A program made the translations under genes and the position numbers. DNA of 64,000 bases from a virus, in IMG/VR virus record IMGVR_UViG_3300017969_000006, positions 1-64,000 of that record; one strand, written 5' to 3'. The notes under the pieces are model-generated. The model was given only the letters and a program-made list of their open reading frames with translations. It was not told the origin of the DNA and searched no databases. Numbering within the stretch: the stretch's first letter is position 1; each line of letters begins with the position of its first letter. Positions 17,524-25,000 of this stretch are shown here, in pieces.

Positions 17524-19089
17524 TTAACGAGATGCCTCGTGTTCATTTAGTTCAAGCATGTAGCCGATGTAATCGTGAACGCGCTCGATAATTCGCTTGC
17601 GAGAATCATCATCCTTCATGTGATTAAAACACCCGTAAAGAGTATCTATGGCAAACTGCACCAAAAAATCTTCAGGAGGCTCTTTGCCGCCGAAGTTCTC
17701 ATACTGCATGAAAGACAAGTTGTGGTAGTTCCAAGGACGATACTTGAGAGGTTGGTGTGGGAACCAATCTGGGTAATGCCAAGAGTGTCCAGCATGTCGC
17801 ATGTCGGGGTGCCAACCCAGAAAACCCCGAATCTGATTAGGGATGCAGCGAGTCGGATCAGGGTCATCATTCATGAACAGATCCCGGTCCGGGGAAAGGA
17901 ACTGATGGAAATCTCCATTTCGTGATGAAATGAATACACACCCCGGAATTGGGGCGTGCGGAAGTTGATGATTTTTATATCGCATTAAATTCGCGAATAC
18001 TCGGTTGTCCCAATTCCAAGGAACCCTATAAAGAATAAAGTCCTCATCGTCAATGAACGAGTGAAATCGTTCTACTTGATCAGGGATTCCTCCATCGGTA
18101 TCTTCAATGACGAACATTGTGACTTTCTGGAATAGGTGCTCGAGATCGGGTAGAGCATAGATTCCTTTCGTGAAAACCAATGGGATGTGGTCCGGATTCG
18201 GACCCATGCTGGTGTCTCGTTGATGATCATCATCAATAACTATGTCACCAAAGTTCTCATTCACCGAGGAGCGAAATTCAGGGTCGTAAAAAGGTCGGTC
18301 TGCGCCTGCTTCAACTCGTTGAAATATGCGGTCTTCTCGCTCCCATCCCGGATAGAAACCATGCATTACGGCTCTGTTGTCCCAAACAACAACATCGCCG
18401 ACACTCCACTCCCACTTGTACCGGTTTGCTTTATTCTTTTGATATTGCTCAACGAAGTCTTTTAGTTCGTCAAACCACGGCTGATTGCCACCATGAAGTT
18501 GTGTCCCCGGACCAGTCCAGTACAGCATCGTTTCACCCGTATCGGGGTGTGTGCGTAAAGCAGGGTGGGGCGTGACATCTCTATCTTCCGCTCCGGTACC
18601 GGAAGAGAACATCGCGGTCTGGAGGTGCTCTTTCAAGTTCGCAGGGCATTCGTCGTACATGTTACGAAGGCTAAGCCAGAACGTGTGACCGTATTCAGGC
18701 TCAACGTTGTATGTAGTCATGTGCATTGAGATCAATGCTGGAGGTTCTTCGAAAAACGGATTATCTGCGTGCCAGTTTTGGTGCAGGAAAGTTTCGGGGT
18801 CATCCTTGTTTTCTACATCTCTGATGGTCGGATGGTTGGCGTCCTTCATGATTCCATCCGGCACAGGCGTCGCATCTGGGTCGTGGTACCCAGAGTAAAG
18901 AGCCTTAACCACCGCGACATGCTCGGCATCAGTCGGGTTCATTCCGATAAACCCAATCATTTTATTCTTTTTGAGAATCTCTTTAAAGTATTCAGGCTCT
19001 GCCAGAACCTGATCAGCGGTAATCCCTTTTATTTTAAAACCAAGATTACCTAGTGTGAGTCCGATTGCGATTCCGCCTACGCCCTTCAT
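17524..19089 (-). CDS. TauD/TfdA family dioxygenase with long C-terminal extension
   Basis: WHAD, HPALRTHPDTGE, WSVGDVVVWDNRAVMH, RIFQR. Confidence 0.88.
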   Translation of the reverse strand: MKGVGGIAIGLTLGNLGFKIKGITADQVLAEPEYFKEILKKNKMIGFIGMNPTDAEHVAVVKALYSGYHDPDATPVPDGIMKDANHPTIRDVENKDDPETFLHQNWHADNPFFEEPPALISMHMTTYNVEPEYGHTFWLSLRNMYDECPANLKEHLQTAMFSSGTGAEDRDVTPHPALRTHPDTGETMLYWTGPGTQLHGGNQPWFDELKDFVEQYQKNKANRYKWEWSVGDVVVWDNRAVMHGFYPGWEREDRIFQRVEAGADRPFYDPEFRSSVNENFGDIVIDDDHQRDTSMGPNPDHIPLVFTKGIYALPDLEHLFQKVTMFVIEDTDGGIPDQVERFHSFIDDEDFILYRVPWNWDNRVFANLMRYKNHQLPHAPIPGCVFISSRNGDFHQFLSPDRDLFMNDDPDPTRCIPNQIRGFLGWHPDMRHAGHSWHYPDWFPHQPLKYRPWNYHNLSFMQYENFGGKEPPEDFLVQFAIDTLYGCFNHMKDDDSRKRIIERVHDYIGYMLELNEHEASR

Positions 19090-19814
19090 TGATCAGGCTC
19101 CTTCAGTTTTGGGTGACCAGAAAACTCTGGCCCAATTCGTTGTCCGTCAGCATCCAGACCAGTTCGGATTCCACCCATCCAAGTCCATGGTTGCTCTCGA
19201 AGTTTTGTCATTTTCGCATCGCTATAACGTTGACGTGAATCATTTAATTCCTTTTGGTCGTCATCCCACATGTTGTTCACAGTGAAATCAACTGAAGGCA
19301 TTAAATCTTTCTTGTAAAACTGGAAGAACATAAATGGGCTGCCAGCAGGAAACGTGACCGGAGATCCGACTTTCGTAATTTTCCAGTTCATATTGAACTC
19401 ATCGGGCCACCAGTCAGATGGAATGTTTGCCGTGAGTGGAACCGCTCCATCGATAAACAAATTCGGAGATCCAGAGATCCATGTTTCAATACCCGGAGGG
19501 GTATGAAATGTCCACCCGACACAAAAAGACATTATTCCGACGATGCTGGGCATGACGATGTCTCGCTCGTAAGAGTGCCCGTCGATCTCAAATGACATGG
19601 TTTGACCGGAAAGAACTTGAGGAACACCGACTCCATCCCATTGAACAACTACATCTTGTTGCAGTACGAGTTCCCAACCATTCACGTTTGCTTCCGTGAG
19701 CGGCAAACACTTATACGCGTGCTTGTTGTAGGTGTCGTCCATCCAGTCGCGACGCGGAGTTGCTTGCCGAATGGTGGGCGGGTTCTGATGGCTTCGCGTA
19801 AGCGTCACATCCAT
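19086..19814 (-). CDS. DUF6065-like protein
   Basis: RDWMD...HAYKCLPLTEAN..GWE, ISGSPN, SDWWPDEFNMNWKIT, FPAGSPF; start reassigned to MDVTL. Confidence 0.75.
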   Translation of the reverse strand: MDVTLTRSHQNPPTIRQATPRRDWMDDTYNKHAYKCLPLTEANVNGWELVLQQDVVVQWDGVGVPQVLSGQTMSFEIDGHSYERDIVMPSIVGIMSFCVGWTFHTPPGIETWISGSPNLFIDGAVPLTANIPSDWWPDEFNMNWKITKVGSPVTFPAGSPFMFFQFYKKDLMPSVDFTVNNMWDDDQKELNDSRQRYSDAKMTKLREQPWTWMGGIRTGLDADGQRIGPEFSGHPKLKEPDQ

Positions 19815-19815
19815 T

Positions 19816-20523
19816 TCAGGAACCAAGCATTGTGACTTGCGAATTTGCGTCTGGCAGACCCAGACCCGGCATACCGGCAGACGCATACCCGCCAGACCCG
19901 CCATGTTCTTTGTGGTTTCTATCGTTGTAGTCGTACATGGTGACGGCAGAATATTTGGTGCCTGACGAAACCGGCATTGAGGCGTGCGCATAAATGAAGT
20001 CGCTTGGATGCACGATGACATCACCAAATTCTGGCTTGAACTTGATGTTCTTGTACGGCATCATGTACTCGCCACCCTCGTAATCGTCATTGATGTATCC
20101 AATTGCGGACACTGCACACGAGTATGAAAAGCCGGAATCTGGATGCACGGCAAAGTGTTGGCCCGGACCGTATTTAACGAAGTTGGTTGCTTCTTCGTAG
20201 TCAAGAGACAGATTAAACATTGACGAGTAGTGCTTAACGCATGAACGCACACCAGCAATGACTTCCTCGTAGACCTTTCCAAGATCAGCAAATTCTTCAG
20301 GAACCGGCATGTCACCCTGTCGCAACTTGAAGTCGAAACAGTCGCGATAATCCTTCATGATCTCATTGTCGCCAACCATGGCCTGCTTCCACGTGAAGTA
20401 GTCGGTTGCACTTCCTTCGAGACCACGTTCCAGTCGGCCAGTGAAATTAGAGTCGACCGGCCAGACGTCCTTATAAAGGATGATCCCGTCTGTTGGGGTT
20501 CCCAGAGTGCCTGCTACGCGCAT
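19816..20523 (-). CDS. 2OG-Fe(II) oxygenase, prolyl 4-hydroxylase-like
   Basis: HPD, GYINDDYEGGE, YAHAS, KYSAVTM. Confidence 0.9.
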   Translation of the reverse strand: MRVAGTLGTPTDGIILYKDVWPVDSNFTGRLERGLEGSATDYFTWKQAMVGDNEIMKDYRDCFDFKLRQGDMPVPEEFADLGKVYEEVIAGVRSCVKHYSSMFNLSLDYEEATNFVKYGPGQHFAVHPDSGFSYSCAVSAIGYINDDYEGGEYMMPYKNIKFKPEFGDVIVHPSDFIYAHASMPVSSGTKYSAVTMYDYNDRNHKEHGGSGGYASAGMPGLGLPDANSQVTMLGS

Positions 20524-21158
20524 TATTTCCTCAATTCAGTAATCGTGTAAAAAGATGGAGTGGTCCAGCGTTCGCCGGAGATTATTTGCTTCACGCCATG
20601 AAGGTAGTGTACGTCGCCGGGGTGAGCAACTGCAAGGCCCGGTTTGATCTCAAGTTCGATATCAAATTCTGGATAATAGAACTGGCCGCCCTCAAATTCG
20701 TCATTCCAATAAATAATCGAATTAATATCGTATGTTGGGAACGGGTTGGGTTTCCCATCATTGAGTTGCTTGTCGGCGTGTGGCTGCTGCTCGTTTCCGG
20801 GCAACCAGCGGATCAGGACGGGTGGCCGGCAGTAAACAGATACGTTGAACTTATCTTCAATTACTGACTGCATTTTGAAAATATACTTATTGATCAAGTC
20901 AAACATGTCTGGCGCTGTGCGTTGCAGAATTTGACCGCTGCACATCCTATCCCACCAGTATGAAGCATCGTAGATGCAGGTGCCGTCCTCGTCGAATTCG
21001 TCACCTTTCGGATTTTCCCATTCCTGAATTGTCGGAAAAAAGTCCTGAAGTCTACGAAGATCTTCGGGTTCAACGAAATCTTCAATAATTACAATGTTCT
21101 CTACACCTGTGCCGAAGTGTCCGGGGTCAATAAGAGAACGCTCCTCAGCGGTATCCAT
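20523..21158 (-). CDS. 2OG-Fe(II) oxygenase, prolyl 4-hydroxylase-like
   Basis: HAD, YWNDEFEGGQFY, YLHGV, ERWT. Confidence 0.9.
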   Translation of the reverse strand: MDTAEERSLIDPGHFGTGVENIVIIEDFVEPEDLRRLQDFFPTIQEWENPKGDEFDEDGTCIYDASYWWDRMCSGQILQRTAPDMFDLINKYIFKMQSVIEDKFNVSVYCRPPVLIRWLPGNEQQPHADKQLNDGKPNPFPTYDINSIIYWNDEFEGGQFYYPEFDIELEIKPGLAVAHPGDVHYLHGVKQIISGERWTTPSFYTITELRK

Positions 21159-21190
21159 GAGATGAGATTATCACAACAGCCGCAGTAGAC

Positions 21191-21460
21191 CTACTTATTC
21201 ATATATCTACGCACGCGATGTTCGCCGATGAGATGGAATGTGGCGATCATCCATGCGATATGAACAAAAACAGAACGTGTCGGGTGGACCGCATTCCGCC
21301 AGTAACTACGTGTCAGGGTTTCGATCTTTTGCGTTCGTATCGCGTACAGATCGAAAAGACATATGTACAAGGCGAGAAAGGCCCACCCGAGCGCTCCTGA
21401 CTTCCTGCCGTTCCGTTCAAGGCTGATAGGGCCCCAAAAACGCTTGACTAGAGAAGCCAC
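21191..21460 (-). CDS. Small putative membrane protein
   Basis: Hydrophobic helix GWAFLALYICLFD, then ETLTRSYWR...AWMIATFHL. Confidence 0.6.
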   Translation of the reverse strand: MASLVKRFWGPISLERNGRKSGALGWAFLALYICLFDLYAIRTQKIETLTRSYWRNAVHPTRSVFVHIAWMIATFHLIGEHRVRRYMNK

Positions 21461-21475
21461 CTTCCGCCACGCTCC

Positions 21476-22018
21476 TTACTTGAAGCGTGGCGGGAAGAAT
21501 GGCGGGAAGTGCGGCGGGAAGTGCGGTGGGAACCACGGAGGGAACCACGGCGGGAAGAACGGTGGGAAGTGAGGCGGGAAGTGTGGCGGGAAGAATGGCG
21601 GGAAATGCGGCGGGAAATGCGGCGGGAAGAACGGCGGGAAATGCGGCGGAAAGTGTGGCGGGAAGAACGGCGGGAAGTGGGGCGGGAAGTGTGGCGGGAA
21701 GAACGGCGGGAAGTGAGGCGGAAAATGTGGGGGAAAGTGAGGGGGGAAGTGGGGCGGAAAGAAAGGTCCAATTGCTCGAACGACAATGGTTGTGCCAAGA
21801 GGAATCTCAAAACTTGACGTGGTCGTATAGGTGACACCGTCTACAACGATTTCATGGGCTTTACCAACATCGCCAGAAACCGAGGTATTTGCCGTATTGG
21901 CAGTCTCTGTAGCGGGGAACCCAAGGTTAACCAAAGACGTGACGAGGTTGCCGGCGTCGGTGCCGTCGGTGTATGTAAAAGTTCCGAAAGGAAGGCTGCC
22001 CCTATCTTGTGCCATCAA
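21476..22018 (-). CDS. Protein with C-terminal (Pro-Pro-X-Phe)23 repeat, putative virion-associated or modification substrate
   Basis: 87-aa N-terminal domain then PPHF/PPFF/PPWF/PPRF units; starts immediately after the tail fibre stop. Confidence 0.8.
   Translation of the reverse strand: MMAQDRGSLPFGTFTYTDGTDAGNLVTSLVNLGFPATETANTANTSVSGDVGKAHEIVVDGVTYTTTSSFEIPLGTTIVVRAIGPFFPPHFPPHFPPHFPPHFPPFFPPHFPPHFPPFFPPHFPPHFPPFFPPHFPPHFPPFFPPHFPPHFPPFFPPWFPPWFPPHFPPHFPPFFPPRFK
21482..21757. repeat. 12-bp tandem repeat, 23 units
   Basis: Units such as gaagtgtggcgg, gaagaacggcgg, gaaccacggcgg; variation mostly at third codon positions of the minus-strand frame. Confidence 0.95.
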
Positions 22019-22021
22019 TCA

Positions 22022-25000
22022 TCACGCCTTTGCATCGCCAGTCAGGAGCCAAGTATCGGTTCCACGCTTATGCAACGTTATCATAGACCACTGTTCACGG
22101 GTTTTAAGACCAACAGCAGCATTGATTGTTACCCCAGACCCAGCAGCCACTGTTGCAGTACCTGTTCCAGTCTGAATAATGTGTACGACAGTTCCAACAG
22201 GGAACGCTACTGAAGAGTTCGGTGGAACCGTGATCGTCGCCGCTGCCGAGACCTCCAAAGTATGACCCTCATTCACAGCGACCAACGTGTGGTTCGCCCC
22301 ATATGCGTCATAGTCGTGGAGAACACTTGTTCCAGCGGGAAGCGTGACCGTCCCAGTAAACGTGGGTGAAGCCAATGGCGCCTTCAGCGCCAGAGAGTTC
22401 GTCACGGTTGTAGAGAAGTTGGCGTCGTCGCCAAGAGCAGCAGCCAACTCGTTCAACGTGTCCAAAGTGGCAGGCGCCGCATCAACAAGGGCGGCGAGTT
22501 CCTGCTGAACGAACGCCGTCGTCGCCACCTGAGTGGTGTTCGTCGTCGTTGCCGCAGTAGGAGCCGTCGGAGTTCCAGTCAGATCAGTATTCGCCAGAAT
22601 GTCAACGTTGACCCATGCCGTGCCGTTCCATTGCAAAACTTCACCTGACGCAGCAGACGTGATTGTGACGTTTCCAACATCGTTGAGCGTGTTGATCTCA
22701 GGAATCGACGCATTCACCCATGCAGTACCGTTGTACTTCAGGAACTCACCGTCAGCCTCTGAGGTGAGCGTGACGTTGGTGATATTTCCAAGCGTGTGTG
22801 CCGTGTTGGCGTAGTTCGTTCCGTCATACAGAAGGATGTCACCGGTGGTCTCGCTAGATGTAGACACACCACCGGCGTTCTGAATCGTCAACGGATACGG
22901 AACCCAGTTGCTTCCATCAAAGTACGCAATATCACCTGTTGAAGGTGCGAGCGAGACCATGTCGACATCCGAAAGGTCATCAAAGGCAAGGGTAGTGTTG
23001 ACCCATGCGGATCCGTTCCATTCAAGAATGTCGCCGGTTGTGGCACTGGTGATGGTTACGTCATCAATTTGATTGACGGATGCGATGGTGTCGTTAACCC
23101 AAGCGCTACCGTTCCACACCAGAAGATCATTTGTGGTGGTGCTACTTAGACTGACATCTCCGACATCACTCAGGTTGGTGAGACCATCATTGACCCACGC
23201 AGTGCCGTTCCATTTGAGTAGATCGCCAGACGATGCGGTGGTGATTGTGACATTGCCCAAACCATTGAGGTTGTGGTTCGAGATATCGGAAACGGTGCCG
23301 GTAACATTGCCAGTCACGTTGCCGGTCAAGTTGCCGGTCACATCGCCAGTCACGTCGCCAGTGACGTCGCCAGTGACATTGCCAGTCACATTGCCAGTCA
23401 AAGCGGCTGAGACACTATTGAAAGTTACATCTGATGTAGTGAGAAGATCCTGACCAACATTGGATGTTTCGATCGACGTTACGCGGCCATAAGCATCAGT
23501 AGTAATCGAAGAAACAAAGTCGGAAGTGTTGGAACCCGTAGTGCTGCCAACAGTGACGCTGCCGAGATCAAGGGTGTCTGCGTTAACAACGATTCGACCC
23601 GAGTCAGCGGTTCCAATGTTGAGAGTATTCCCAGTTTGGCTCAGTCCATCACCAGCAGTAAAGGCCTGAGTTCCAGTGAACTGAGTGAACGCAATCGAGT
23701 CAGTTCCAATTGTGTGAGGATCATTGGTGGAGGTGACGACAAAACCTTGACGTGCGTTTGTCGATCCCGAAAGGACGAAGATTGCTTCGCCGGGCTGCAC
23801 GCCACCGGGCTGGGTGCCGTCAAAATCTTCTGCACGGGTCAAAACCCACGCAGCAGAACCTAAGGCACCCTGAGCAGTCACATCGTAAACGCCATTTTCG
23901 TATGCGTTCGACTGGTTCTTGACAAGAACTCTGTCGCCAGTGGAGGCATTAGTACCGTCAATGACGAGGCGGACTTGGCTTCCCGCTGTCAGAGTGGCAC
24001 CTTCCCCAGAGGTTCCGTTGCTGTACGTCGGTGAATCCGGAAGAGTCGTAGCAGTCGCAAGTTTTGCCGCCTCATGCCAGTCGATTCCAGCAGCAAGATT
24101 GTCAACATATGACTTTGTTGCTGCGTGAGTCGCCTGCGTTGGAGCAGCCCCAAGCGTGACAGTGTTGAATGTGACGTCAGCGTTCGTTGCTACGTCCTGA
24201 CCGATGGAAACGGTTGGCGTGTCGCCTTCACCGGTTGTCGATGACAGCGAAACACCTGTTCCAGCAACAAGATTCTGGACATAATCGCCGGTTGTATCGG
24301 TTCCGAGAGCAACTGAGTTTGCCTGAATTGTGGCGGAGATGTTTACGTCCCCGGTTCCGTCAAAAGAAACAGACCCAACGACATCTCCAGACAACTCAAT
24401 CGTGCGAGCAGTTTCCAGAGCAGTCGCCGTGTCGGCGTTACCAACGAGATCTCCACGGAAGTTGGCGGCTTGCATGTCGGCAAGGTTGAACGAGGCATGA
24501 CCGGTATTTACGTCGCCGTCCACCTCGGGGGTGTAACCGTCGAAAACCTTCCAGTAGCCATCAGATGTATCACGGAAGAAACCAGTATGGGCGTAGGTGC
24601 CGTCGTTGTAGTTACCCGCGAATCCCAAGTCGATGTTGACGGGGGACGCAGTGCCGGACCACGTGTCGCCGGAAGTGTGACCGGTCGTGGCAACAAACTC
24701 GATACTGATACCGTCAGACAGGGCAGTTGGTGAGGTGCTGACGTCAACACCAGTTGCTTCGGTTGTCGAGAAGTTGTCGGTCGACCATTCGAACGTGTCA
24801 ACGCCACCGGTACCTGTTCCGACACCATCGATTCGGACGTAGTAGGTAGTGCTAGAAGTGCCCGAGAAGTGGCCAACAAGCGTTCCGTCGTTGAGGCCCG
24901 AACCAGAGAATGAGGTGGTCTGAATCGTGTTGCCGCCGTTGAGGTAGATCCACGAGTCATCGACAGCAAGGTTGTTGACCGAAACGGTTGACTGTGTTCC

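Noticed and set aside
19815-20027. N-terminal extension of the DUF6065-like ORF given by the ORF track
   Set aside because: Overlaps the upstream oxygenase; the ATG at 19814 directly follows its stop.
5371-21158. Non-heme iron halogenases among the 2OG enzymes
   Set aside because: All intact copies keep HxD/E, not the HxA/G of SyrB2/WelO5-type halogenases.
21448-21837. Alternative-frame repeat ORFs (MAGRMAGSAAG..., RREVRWE..., SRRSSRHT...) and a possible CRISPR array
   Set aside because: Variation is synonymous mainly in the PPXF frame; units are contiguous 12-mers with no spacers.
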